From: Basidiobolus meristosporus CBS 931.73
Lineage: Eukaryota; Fungi; Basidiobolomycota
Length of the DNA: 64,000 nt
Direction of reading: 5' to 3'
Assembly: GCA_002104905.1 (NCBI GenBank)
Contig: MCFE01000046.1
Location: 124,001 to 188,000, forward strand
Below the pieces are notes generated by a model. The model did not search any database, was not told the DNA's origin, and saw only the letters and a program-made list of their open reading frames with translations. Within the stretch, counting starts at the first letter, position 1. Every line of letters starts with the position of its first letter. Of this stretch, positions 36,796 to 48,815 are shown piece by piece. The translations under genes and the position numbers were made by a program.

Positions 36796-37784
36796 ATGCT
36801 CTCTTCGGCCAAGTATTCTGTGGTTATCTTAGGCGGTGGTGGTGTGGGGAAATCCGCCATCACCCTGAATTTCGTTCGCAAGCAGTAAGTCTCCCTTCCG
36901 CTGCCCTCTTTCTCCCTCTTCCCCCTCTTTCCCCCCGCGCTAACTTCCATTCGGTCCAGATTTGTAGAAGAGTGAGTTTGCCTGTTCCATTTAAAGTCAC
37001 CCCGGCCTGTACTAAGTTGTTGCCATGCGTCGCTTGCCATGCTAGATATGACCCAACCATTGGTATATATTTGTCTTCTATTCTATGGTCTTGACTCCCA
37101 CGCTCAACAATATATTAGAGGACTGCTATTGCAAAGCACTTGTGTTGGATGGTGTGGAATACAACCTCGATATTACTGATACCGCAGGTCAAGAGGAATA
37201 CCGGTATATTGCCTTTCTCTAAAGTCTCGAGTTTGCCTCGACCATTGACCAAGCAATGTGATGTAGCGGCCTGTTTGGTGACAAGTTTATGCGACAAGGA
37301 GACGGCTTCATCTGCGTCTACTCCATCACCTCCAAGGACTCCCTTGAGGAGTTGGACGCCATTGTCAACCAAATCTATCGCGCCAAAGAGGGCGAGCCAG
37401 TATGTTTTAGCGACTCCCTGGCTGCCTATTTTCGATGATAACATTTGTCTGTAGTGTCCCATTGTAATCGTAGGGAACAAATGCGACCTGGAGCAGTTGC
37501 GCGAGGTATCCGTCGAACAGGGCCGTGCGTTCGCCCAGCACTCGAACGCCTCATTTTTGGAAACCAGGTAAACCTCCTCTCCTCCCTCGGCCCGCGCCAC
37601 AAATTGCTGATGTTTGTGTATGCCAAGTGCCAAAACCCGGATCAACATCGATGAAGCCTTCGAGCTGATTGTCCAAGAAATCCGCCGGCAAACCACAGGG
37701 TCATCACCCGTGAAGCCAGCTTCAAAGCCCACCGCCGAAGGTGACCGCAAGGATGAAGGCTCTCACTGCTGCATTGTTCAATGA
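36796..37784 (+). CDS. Ras-subfamily small GTPase, about 7 exons
   Basis: GGGGVGKS, YDPTIEDCY, DTAGQEEY, GNKCDL, ETSAK, C-terminal CCIVQ CaaX. Confidence 0.93.
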
Positions 37785-38128
37785 ACCGCTTTACTATTGT
37801 ATTGTACAATAACCTACGAACTCATAGTATTTAATAATAATCATGCAAGTTGCTCTATATAACCATGATCGTATGTTGGCGTGTCTATTAAACCAATCCC
37901 AATCCCTTGGGGCGAGTCAGCGCCTATTGACAAGCCATCTCCATCTATCTCTCGCTGCTAGCACCTTCTGAACAAGGCCTTGGACACCCCTAACTCTTCT
38001 GTCCAAGCCAACACCTATTAAACTAAGCATTTCTATGTAACCTGAGTTGGTCTTTATTTGAGTAGCGAGACTGTAGGCAAACATGGGATGTAGGGCCCAA
38101 GTCGAGTACATCCAGGAATTGAATTCGA

Positions 38129-38468
38129 TTAAGATTCCATCAATTCACGAAGACGACGGACAGTGCTTCTGACGGTGGCAGCAGCGGTGGTAGAGACAGT
38201 CCAGGCACCACCAGCCATCACCTTACGGCAACCACGGCATTCCCAGATACCAACGGATTGACGCTTGACGGCATCCTTGCCACAGAAAGTGCAGGTGTAC
38301 TTGGCGTGCTGGGTGATTTCCATCTTCTTCACTTGCTTTCTGAGGGAAGCACCATAACGGGTACCGTACTTACCGACGACTCCGACCTTTTTAGTGCGCT
38401 TGGCCTGTGGGCGGGAACGTTAGTTGGTGCATGGATGGATGAATTGGGGTTCGATGCTAACTGACCAT
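38129..38468 (-). CDS. RPL43: 60S ribosomal protein eL43 (L37a); ATG-only first exon
   Basis: [53 protein letters not shown]; intron 38405-38465. Confidence 0.98.
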
Positions 38469-38847
38469 TTGGACTGTAGTTGATCCTGAAAAGGATGAAA
38501 AAGAGAGAATCTTCTCGTCGCAATGCTACTTTTCATAAGCCTCAGAAGAGTGACGCTGATTGGCCCACATCTCGTACGATCTAAATTGCCTACCTTTGGC
38601 CAGCAAACCGCACCGTGATTAAGTTGGCCGGCACATCGACTGCGGTACGGGGTTCAGTGGTCCCAAAATATAGGCATTGATCAAATCAGTTTTTTTCCCA
38701 TCTGGAGGGCTGGGTTTAAATGTTTATTTACACATACTGTACGGAGCAGACACCGGCTATTTGACTCAGTTTCCGATTCTTACCTTGGAAAGGTGCATTT
38801 TCGCGTCCAACAAGCCTTGGTCGTAAACACCAAAAGCTTTACTTACG

Positions 38848-41800
38848 ATGGGGGTTAGGCATTTCAATGAGCACCTGCATAGATGTGTTGTCTGGTATTA
38901 ACCTGTGCCGAACCTGCTTGTTCTGGGTTTCCTTCCCTCTAGGCCGAAGCACAACTTGGAGTTATCGAGTCGATCGAGCTGGTGAATTTTATGTGCCACC
39001 GCTACTTAAAAGTGAATCTTGGTCCCAAAATCAACTTTATCATTGGTCATAATGGAAGTAGGTGGTTTTCTCCTCGATTGCCCAGGAATCCTGTTAAACG
39101 ATCTCCCTGTACCGTTAGGTGGAAAGAGTGCGATCCTTTCGGGTATCACCATTTGTCTCGGTGGAAAGGCCACTGTGACCAACCGTGCTAGCAATCTCAA
39201 AAGCTTGATCCGTGAGGGCTCCTCGTATGTTTTTGGATTCCTTTGTTTGGGTTACGCAAAACCCGGCTAACTCGCAACGTGTACGGAAGTGTAGGTCAAG
39301 TGGTTGTGAAACTTCGTAATCAAGGATCGGAGGCTTACAAGCCCGAAGTTTATGGTGATTGCGTTATGGTGGAGCGTAGGATATCGCGAGACGGCAACAA
39401 TGGTTATAAAATCAAATCTTCTGACGGTAAAACGATTTCCACCAAACGTGAAGAGCTCTCTGCCATTTGCGACCACATGGGAATCCAGATCGACAATCCC
39501 ATGAATGTGCTGTCCCAAGACACCGCTAGACAGTTTCTTAACTCCACCTCACCCGAGGAGAAGTATAAGGTGAGTCGAAGGGGATGATTGCTCTATGTAT
39601 CAATGAGCTACTCTGACAAACCATTCAGTTCTTTCTCAGAGGAACTCAGCTGACCCAGCTCAGTGAGGACAACGAAATCATACGTGAAAGTATTGACACT
39701 ACCGAGAATATTATACGGAATAAGAAGCAGGTAGATATTCGCACTAAGAGACAGTCACACAGAGGCACCCGCTGACCGAGATTTCATATTCTCCCAGGTT
39801 CTGCCTGATCTTCTCAAAGAAGCAAAAAACGCCGAAAGTCGGTTCAAAGACATGGAGCAGGCACGTGAGTTGCGTCTAAAAGTCGAGGCTTTGAAGCGCG
39901 AAATCGCGTGGGCGCAGGTGGTAGAGAAGGAGGAATCCCTGCATATCGCCGAAAGCCGACTACAAAAAGGCCAGAAGAAGCTCCCGGCCATTCAAAACGA
40001 ATTGGACAAAGAGAGCAATCATTTTGAACGAATTACCGCCCGCATCAGCGAGCTTGAGGAGGAGAAGGAAGAGCAACAAATGGCACTGCGGCCACTCGAA
40101 AAGCGAAAGCAAGAGCCCATAGAGGCACTCAAAGAGAAACGGCGGCAGCTTCAGGATTTCCAGCACGAAACACAGGAAATCAACGGCACCTTCAAGAGCC
40201 TAAGGTCCAACCTGGCCGAATTGGAGAAAAAAATCCAGGATGAAACTAGCAAGCTCAACGGGGACAATTCCAACAGACGCGAAGAAATCCTGAGCAAAAT
40301 CAAAGCGCTCGAGTCGGAGATAGAAACTGCCAAGCGGGAGATTGAGGAATCGCGCGAGAAGCAAAAGGAATACGACGTATCAAGTGCCGAGGCCAAAGAG
40401 CGCTACTCCCAAATCAGGGAGTCCATCAAGTCGATCGAGCGGGAGGTCTCCGAGCTCAAGGAGAATATCCAACGCTTGGAGGATCAAAAAACCAATCGAC
40501 TGAAGGCGTTCGGGCCAATGATGCCGGAGATCTTGAAGGAGATCGAGCGTGAAGGCCGCTGGAAGTCCAAGCCTGTCGGGCCGATAGGTGCGTATACGAA
40601 GCTGCGGAAAAGCGAATGGGCCGACACCATGGAGTCCCTTGTAGGGAATCTATTGGACTGCTTTATTGTGGAGTATCATCAAGATCGACAGCTTTTGCAG
40701 GGCATTCTGCACAAGTACAAGTGCCCCAGCAAGATTTTCGTCAGCAGAAACGACGACTTCGACTACTCTGCCGGCGAGCCCGACAAACGCTTCCTCACGG
40801 CGCTCCGGGTCTTGGAATTCAGCCATGATTTTGTGAAGAGACAGATGATTGTGCACGCCAACATCGAGCAGACCATCTTGATAGAGAGTCGTGCCGAGGC
40901 TAATCGTGTCATGGGAAACGGGTTTCCAACGAACGTGAATTCGTGTTTCACCATGGATGGCTTTAAGGTTGGTCATCGAGGAGGAGGCTATGCCACGCAA
41001 GCGATGAATCAATACAGAGGCCCGCCACGGTTTACGCAGGACCTCGACAAACGAATCCAGCAGTACCAGTACAGCGTCCAGGAGAAGCTGGAGACGCTCA
41101 GCACACAGAACGATCGGCTGAAAGAAGTTGATTTTGAGATACGCGAGGCGGATAGAAAGAAGCAAATGCTCAACAACAAAATCGGCAACTCGCAGAAAGA
41201 CATTGCATTCAAGAGTCGCACCATCCGCCAGCTACACGATCAGCTTCAAGAGGATGAGCCGGCCAACATCGTAGCTCTGGAAGAGGCTAAGCAGGATACC
41301 GAGCGCCAAATAGACCTGATCAAGAAGCAGTTCGAGCAGCTTCAACTCCAGAAAACCCAGATCGCTGAGGAGGAGAAAGGGCTAAGAGACGAGCTGGACG
41401 AGATCAAGCGCGAGATCGAGTCAGCGTTGGACAAGCTGGAGCAAATCAAGAACAAGATTGACGACCAGGTCAACGAAAGAATCCAGTGCGAGACGAACAA
41501 GCAATATTGGATCAACAAGCTGGAAGACGAGCAGGGGAAACTTACCGAGCTGGAGAACGAGGTTGCTCGACGTCAGCTAGTGGTAGACGAGACCACCGCA
41601 CAGGCCAGAGAATACTGTCCGGAGCGTGTAGAGGTCACAAAGAACGCCGCTCAACTGGATCGCGAGATCAACCAGATTCAGCTGCGGTTGAAGGAATCAG
41701 AGAAGGGATTCGGCGGCACCATAGAGGAGGTGCTGCGGGACATGAAAAGCAAGGTTGACTCGTACCGCAAAGCCAAGACAGAGATAGCCAACATGGAGCG

Positions 41801-42359
41801 CTTCGTGCGCGACCTGAAGTACGCTCTAGGGCTGCGACTAAAGCGGTGGGATGACTTCCGGAGCTACATCGCTAAACGGGCCAGGATCAATTTCCATTGG
41901 AACCTTGCCCAGCGTGGCTACAGCGGGAAATTGGAGTTCGATCACAAAAGCCGCAAGCTCAATCCACGCGTTCAGGTCGACGACCAGGCCGAGAATCTCA
42001 CCCGAGACAAAGACCCAAAGTCGTTGTCAGGGGGAGAAAAGAGCTTCTCAACCATTTGCTTGCTCTTGTCGTTGTGGGAAGCTATGGGGTGCCCCATCCG
42101 ATGGTAGGGTCCAGTCCAGTTGTTCTGCGTGTGCTAGCTAACTAACCTCTTATCCAGCCTAGATGAGTTCGACGTGTTCATGGATGCTGTGAATCGTAAA
42201 ATAAGCATGCGAATGATGATTGAAAGCGCGCGGCAGGCCGATGAGACCCAATACATCCTCATCACCCCTCAGGACATGAGCAACGTCTCCCCAGGGCCGG
42301 ATATTCGAGTACATCGACTGAACGACCCCGAGCGCAACCAGCCGACCCTCCACGATTAA
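38848..42359 (+). CDS. SMC6: Structural maintenance of chromosomes protein 6; start approximate
   Basis: IESIELVNFMCH, NFIIGHNGS/GKSAIL Walker A, ATVTNRASNLKSLI, hinge, LSGGEKSFSTICLLLSLW, CLDEFDVFMDAVNR, QYILITPQ. Confidence 0.96.
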
Positions 42360-42625
42360 GCAGTGTACATCCGCCTTGCCCCCATCCCTCACATGCCATC
42401 CTAGTGTATAATAAGTTGGTAATGCTTCTTGGTTCTCCCAGCCAATCCGATCTTTGCGCTCCCTGTCTAGCAACCATAATACAACGCTTAGTAGATACAT
42501 CCACGCCTCCGCACATTCACCTCGTAGTTGGTTTATTTCCCTATTTACTGAATGAATTTCCAAGATCGGACCAGCCGACCCACAATAGACAACGAATAAA
42601 ATAGACCGAATCGCAGTTTAGGCAA

Positions 42626-42699
42626 ATATCCCGGACACAATGGGCAACCATTCACCGAATTCATATCCCGGATACAATGGGCAATCGTTCACCGAATTC
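42626..42699. repeat. 37-bp tandem duplication in the tetraspanin promoter
   Basis: ATATCCCGGA(C/T)ACAATGGGCAA(CC/TC)(A/G)TTCACCGAATTC twice. Confidence 0.85.
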
Positions 42700-42773
42700 T
42701 CCGCTGCAGCATTCGGCGGATTCCACCTCGTTTATATTGGCGTGGTGGGGCTTCTCTTCAGACAGCTGCTCGG

Positions 42774-43528
42774 ATGACGATAAGCTTCAGCATTAGGATA
42801 TCCTTCTTCATTCTCACCCTGATCTTCATGGCATCGGGGTTTGTGGCCATCAGCGTGGGCACGTATTTCTGGGTCACCCCGTACGCTCGGCGGCGAGTGG
42901 TGGTCACGCACGACATGTTAATTGGTTTGGGGGATTTCACTGCGTTCTGCTTCATCCATCGGATACTAATCGACAGCATAGCCGGGCTGACGATTGGTGT
43001 ACTGGCCATACTATCATCGTTTACCGGATTCCGTGGTTTCACCCATCCCATTCGAAACAAGAAATGGCTGATGCTCTACGGTTGGCTGGTGGTGGGGATA
43101 CTGGTGATCGAGCTTGCACTAGGGGCGGTCATTTGGTTCAGATCGCTGGGGATTCGCGATGATTTCTCGGCCAAATGGAGATCTTGGGATCCCGCGCTGC
43201 GAGGGCTGTTTCAAGAGACGGTACGGTGGTTAACTTGGCGGTTATCTCCGAATGATGGTTAACTTCGTGATTACAGGACGGCTGCTGCGGATACTACCAC
43301 AGCAGGGACTTTCCAGCAGACACCCTCTCGTGCAGGAACCCCGACCGTGATTGGCCAGGCTGTGTGGACATGATCTACATCTACTCGGACAACTACTTGA
43401 GAAACATCTACACCGTGTTGTTCGGGTTCGTGGTGGTGGATCTCTGCGCATTCTTTGGCCTGGTGGTTCTGGTGCAGGCGAGAAACAACCAGGAGAGATA
43501 CGTCAAGGCGGACATGCCAAATCACTAG
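42774..43528 (+). CDS. Fungal tetraspanin (Tsp2/Pls1-like), 3 exons
   Basis: Four hydrophobic helices; large loop with GCCGY and GC motifs; spliced end RNNQERYVKADMPNH*. Confidence 0.85.
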
Positions 43529-43835
43529 ATACCACGTAGAGTAGCAATGCTTCATATTTATTAGGAGGCGGTGTCGACCAATAAAATCATCACACAGTCA
43601 CTTCCGATGGTGGTTTCACTTGACGATGTCTGTTGTCATCTCACTCAACCACGTCAAAGGCTAGAAAACCAGGCCAGAAAGCCAGGCCCTTGATACTTGG
43701 TATCTGTTGCGCATTGGGTTGCATTCCAAAGGCTGCATTCCCAATCCTGCTAATTCCTTAGCCCACCTACACCGACGTGAATCAATTGGATGGAGTGACG
43801 TATGGGCGGGCGAAAAGTTTTCTTCTTGGCACGTG

Positions 43836-43842
43836 TATATAA
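43836..43842 (+). promoter_or_regulatory. TATA box
   Basis: TATATAA about 50 bp upstream of the ATG at 43892. Confidence 0.55.
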
Positions 43843-43891
43843 GCAACCGCCTGGCCACCCAGGACAACCATCGCATTAGCTAGCAGCTCAA

Positions 43892-44524
43892 ATGAAGGGA
43901 TTTCATTTTCACGGTCTTCTTGCCTACATCGTATATCTCACATCACTGAGATCCGCAGCGGGATCACCAATCTACGGTTACGATGGTGAATCCAAGTTAC
44001 CATCACAGCAATGCTTGGAGGTGTTCCAGCAAGTCCAGGCCCAGAATCAGGATAACGGCTGCGTGCCCATTGACAAGATTCTCCCCGTCGCCGCGCAAAT
44101 CAAACTCGATCCGGCCAACGCCGGCCCAAAAATGACCCAGATCGCCGACATCATCTGTCAGCAGTCACCCGCGTGCACACCGCAATTCCTAAACAATTTC
44201 AAGTCGAACATAACCGCCCGCTGTGTTGGAGATGATGCAACCAACCCCATGGTAACCGGTTCCGTCAGACTCATCGACAACTATACTCCGTCCCGAGAGA
44301 TGGGATGTCTGAAGGACCCAACCAACGGGGCGTACTGCGCAGTCGAAGCCGCCGAGTGGGTGATCAAGAACCATCCAGACCCAAACATGCAACCCACCAA
44401 AGAGATGTGCACGCCGTGCACAAAGGGCTGGATAGAGCAGTATGATAAATATTCTCCACAATATCCCGATTTGAAGGACGATCCTTACCTTCCTAAACTG
44501 AAGGCCGTCTGCCAATCACAGTAA
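43892..44524 (+). CDS. Secreted 10-Cys protein of unknown function (210 aa, intronless)
   Basis: Hydrophobic N-terminus, 10 Cys incl. GCLKDPTNGAYC and MCTPCTKGW; TATA upstream. Confidence 0.8.
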   Translation: MKGFHFHGLLAYIVYLTSLRSAAGSPIYGYDGESKLPSQQCLEVFQQVQAQNQDNGCVPIDKILPVAAQIKLDPANAGPKMTQIADIICQQSPACTPQFLNNFKSNITARCVGDDATNPMVTGSVRLIDNYTPSREMGCLKDPTNGAYCAVEAAEWVIKNHPDPNMQPTKEMCTPCTKGWIEQYDKYSPQYPDLKDDPYLPKLKAVCQSQ

Positions 44525-44590
44525 CCATGAGCTCAGATAAATAAATTTTATGTGATGATCAGAAAATATACATAGATGTCTCAACGGTTT

Positions 44591-45637
44591 CTACTTAATG
44601 AGCGGGAGTAGCACCCCCAGCACTGCTAGCCAGCCAACCTGGCGAGCCGTGCCAGGAGACGGTACGCTCGGTGTCTCCAGGTGATTCTGGTAGATAGTTG
44701 AGTCATTCAAACACTGGCCTATGCTCATCATCGAGTAGCCTGCAGATTTCATGATCTCCATAGCCACCGGGAATTGCTGTACTCCCTCCATCCTTAGATC
44801 GTGCTCCAAAGAGATCACTCCATGTGCCAGAGTAGGGGCACGAGTGTTGATGAAATCGCGGAATGTCTGCTCCACGTTGGCAGGGTTGTACTTGCTGCTT
44901 GGGTCATTGAGCTTCCAGTCGGAAGTATCCATGTCCCACAACACCACCTTGTATCCCAGGTTGCGGACAATCGTGCGAACCCTGTCGTCGATGTCGCCGA
45001 AAGGAGGGCGCATGTATTTCGGAATAACGCCAATCGTATTAAAGATGGCCTTCTCCGTCCACTTCATCTCGGCAACGATCTGCTCGTTTGTCTGGGTAGT
45101 GAGCCCTCGATGGCTCCAGGTATGCGAGCAGATCTCGTGTCCTAAGCGAAGCAGGTTAATACCGGTGCAGATCCCCCTCGAATTTCCATTCTAACCTTCA
45201 GCATAGGCCCTCTTCAGGATTTCCGGGCGTTCAACAACCCGACTACCGATAACACAGAACATCGCCTTCAGATTCTGCTGTTTCAAGTAATCTAGCAGGA
45301 AAGTAGTGTTTGTCGATGGGCCATCATCGAAAGTGAGGCCCCACACCTTTGGTTGCGGACAGGCGACGATGTCATCTGGTCGAACACAATTACCACATGT
45401 CCACCAGCAACCGCAATCAGGTCCGCAGGGATTCTGGGTGCATGTTGGGGGCGAGCCAGCCATTGCGTGCGGTCTGATCGGGACAGTAGGGATGGTCATG
45501 TTGGAGGTCAGCGTGGCGAACTCGGGGTTTATTGGCGGTGGTTGATCCCACTGCGGCCAGCCTGGAGTCTGGGCTTGCACCAGGGCATTTGACACTACGA
45601 GCGATAATAAAACAGCGAAATCTTTCCGGGTGGCCAT
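44591..45637 (-). CDS. Chitin deacetylase (CE4), secreted, probable GPI signal (2 exons)
   Basis: Signal peptide; CWWTCGNC; TFDDGP, HTWSH, RPPFG, LEHD; hydrophobic C-terminus; TATAAA on - strand at 45690-45695. Confidence 0.93.
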
Positions 45638-45910
45638 GGTACGTGGCTAAGCAAGGAATCTAAAGGAAGGAGCTCCAGACAGGTGCTCATTTATACCTCA
45701 CTGCTGCTTACGCCCTGCATTGGTTAATCGTCGGCTTTGTTGTTCTGATCAACATATTTGCATCACTTGAGGCATAAACCCAGGTGGTTGTCCAGCAGCC
45801 CAAACAAATCTGACATCTCTACCATCGATCGGTCAAGATCTTGATCGGAGGATTTTTTACTGCTCATGCTCGATTCAATGGAAGGGGGTTTCTACCTGAC
45901 ACAGACCACG

Positions 45911-47325
45911 ATGCAGACTCCTATATTGGATTCATACTTGGCCCAGCATTTCCTACAGTTATGTTCAGACGAAGCAAAAATCCGACGTTTGATCTCTAGT
46001 AGACAATTCAAGCCTGGTGACATCGTGGTAGCTTCTCCTCCCTTGGCTAGTTTCCCTTTGCCGGAGTACCGAAGTGAGATTTGCGATTTCTGCATGAAAG
46101 AATCGAAAGATCTATTGAGATGCTTCCGGCTGCCTGGAGGCTCATTACTGCTCCACCACGTGTCAGACAAAAGCATGGAAAAAATACCACAAATGGTCGT
46201 GTAAACTATGGCACGATCAGAAAGATAGTGATTCCATTATGCTCAGACGTGTGGTGTTTGGGATGCACAGGAAGCCAAATGTAGTCAAGTATCAGCTCGA
46301 CAGAGAGTACCTATTCGATGAACGGATCAACCAGGAGGCGTTTGAGACCTTGACGCATCATTCCGCTAGTTGGGATGAGCAGACCAAGCGCCAGTTTATA
46401 GTCACAAGTTCACAAGTTCTTAAGGCGCTCCTGAGTACGGCCTTTCCGATCCCACCGAATATAACGGTGTCTAAACTCGCGGAATATCTTGGCCGCTTCC
46501 AGTGCAACAATTTCACCATCCACGATCGCGAGCTCTTTCCAGTCGGAGAGGGCACGTACCCTATCGGGTCGTTGTTCAATCACTCTTGCCACCCGAATTG
46601 TATTGTTATGTACGAGAAAGATGTCCAAATCATTCGTAGTATTCGCCCTATAGAAGCCGGTGAGGAGCTGTGTATCGCTTATGTTGACAGCTTCGTACCA
46701 AGAATACAGAGAAGAGCTCAGCTGCAGGCGAAGTATTATTTCCAATGTGATTGCATGCTCTGCTCAGATCCGGTCCTAGGTAGACTGGACGCGGAGGATG
46801 TCAATGATAGCACTGTTCTAGCCCAGTTGAAGCCAGGGTCGGAAATCTCTCACAGGAGTAGGTTTATCGTATCGACCTTTTGCACGCAGAACAAGAAGGA
46901 GCATGAGAAGCTTCAACGGAGCCTCGTCTCATCTCTAGACGACTCATTTTTCACGTTGACCATGCTTCAAGCATGTAACTCCAGTCCATAGAGAAGCCTT
47001 GAAATCGGCCAACTGGGAGATCGCAGCAGAGACCGGATGGTATATGCTCTCCATGTACTTGCTGCGCTACCCTTGCAATCATCCATTGACGGGTCTGCAT
47101 GCATTCACACTAGCCAAATGTGTGTGGAATTGTCGGAGTGAAAGCATCGGAGATTGCGAACGTCTGCTAACGCTTGCTAAGTCCATCTTGGCAGTCACTC
47201 ATGGGCACAATGAGGAAGTCGTCAAGGAGATCTCAATCATGTCAGATATGGTGCAGGATATGGTGCAGGATATGGTGCAGGATATGGTGCAGAGTGAACA
47301 ACAGCCATTATCGGAAATTAGCTGA
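45911..47325 (+). CDS. SMYD-type SET/MYND lysine methyltransferase with two apparent +1 frameshifts (about 46124 and 46983)
   Basis: Split SET (FKPGDIV; RFQCNNF; SLFNHSCHPN; GEELCIAY; YYFQCDC.LC); MYND CDFC...CSGC..AHYCS.TCQ..AW..YHK.SC restored by removing one base; C-terminal YPCNHPLTGL..F.LAK. Confidence 0.85.
47245..47292 (+). repeat. Perfect 12-bp x4 coding repeat (DMVQ)4
   Basis: GATATGGTGCAG four times. Confidence 0.95.
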
Positions 47326-47407
47326 TTGTCGGTGTGCGCCGGATATTTGCCAGGCAACTGTATATATCTCTGAGCCTGTCGAGGAATACCCCAACAGCAT
47401 TCCTACC

Positions 47408-48434
47408 ATGATTCCAAGTGTTGCCTTCGTTAGCTTTGCCTTAATAAATATGGTTCCAGCGTATGCGCGCGTAAACGTAGACGTATCATTGGCTACCCGC
47501 CATAAGGGATATATCCCGTATTTCGCAAAGCAGCGTGATCCGATACTTGGATCAAAAATGCGGAGCGGAGTACGGATCTTGCGGCGAGGGGTTGTGCTGT
47601 AGCGAGTACGGCTACTGCGGGTACACTTCGGATCATTGCGAAGCCGGCTGCCAGTCCCAGTACGGATCCTGCGACGATGGAACTATGGCCAAATTAATGA
47701 CTGGCTGCACTGAGCCAGGGACCTTTGCCGTCACCTTTGACGATGGCCCAAGCGTGCTTACCTCCAGGTTGCTCGATTATCTGGATTTCCAGGGCGTTAA
47801 AGCAACCTTTTTCATGAACGGACTAAATTGGAAAAACGCTGACACCAAAAATCCTATCCTCAGCATCTATCAGTTTGCAGATGTGGTCCGGCGCATTTAC
47901 GCCTCTGGCCACCAAATCTGCTCTCACACCTGGGGTCATGTTGATCTTATTACCGTCAACGAGTATAACGTGACTTACGAGCTGACCCGGCTGAACAGTG
48001 CCTTCGCCAACATCCTGGACAGGGTGCCTACCTGCGTGCGGCCACCATATGGCGATGCCGACACGACTGCCCTGAAGATTCTGAAGCGTATGGGTTACAC
48101 GGTTGTTAACTGGAACGTGGATCCAGTGGACTGGAACCCGGCGAATACCATCGACCAAATGTTTGCCGAATATGTTGCGCAGACAGGAAGGACGGACCCA
48201 AAGGAGGGCAAATTCATCGCTCTTAACCATGACGTTTGGAACACCACGGCTGACTTCAGGCCAACAAATTACCCAAAAACCATTCCTTTGGCGCAACGAG
48301 CTATCGAGTATCTGAAAGGCCGTGGATGGCGTCTTGTCAACCTTGCTGAATGTCTAGGAAGTGCGCCATTCTATCGCAGCCCAACACCATCGGATGAGAG
48401 CTGTGGTCCGACTGGATGCCCTTCAAATGACTAG
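47408..48434 (+). CDS. Chitin deacetylase (CE4) with N-terminal CBM18/hevein module; apparent +1 frameshift after the signal peptide
   Basis: CGAEYGSCGEGLCCSEYGYCG....HC.AGCQ..YGSC; TFDDGP, HTWGH, RPPYG, LNHD; signal MIPSVAFVSFALINMVPAYA lies in the neighbouring frame. Confidence 0.9.
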
Positions 48435-48532
48435 AGTTGCTTTTGGTGCAAAATACCCCCGTAATACCGCTAGATGTGCCCAAGAATTTGTCAAAACAAT
48501 CCTTCCTCCTTCTATACCTAAAACATGGTGAA

Positions 48533-48604
48533 ATAAACATTCCTTCTTGTATACCTGATAGACATTCCTTCTAGTTTACCTGATAAACATTCCTCCTAGT
48601 TTAC
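48533..48604. repeat. 25-bp x3 degenerate tandem repeat between convergent genes
   Basis: ATA(A/G)ACATTCCT(T/C)CT(T/A)GT(A/T)TACCTG units. Confidence 0.8.
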
Positions 48605-48815
48605 TCTTGCCCTACCAAGACTGGGGCGTGGTTGGTCATATCAAGGTTTGATATGTAGGGCCAGGGTTGGATTATTGTGCCAAGTTGCAACTTTACTCGT
48701 ACTTCCGGGAATTTACCCCAACTACATCGCCGAGTCATAGGTTATTTTAGTTATTAGATAGTTTTTTTAATGCATAATCAATCAGAATTAGATTTCATAG
48801 TGAGCCACCGAAAAC

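Noticed and set aside
22000-48400. Many long ORF-track entries antisense to or overlapping real genes (e.g. 22305-22829, 22893-23507, 24112-24933, 35988-36461, 40650-41165)
   Set aside because: Shadow ORFs expected from GC-rich coding DNA; no motifs of their own.
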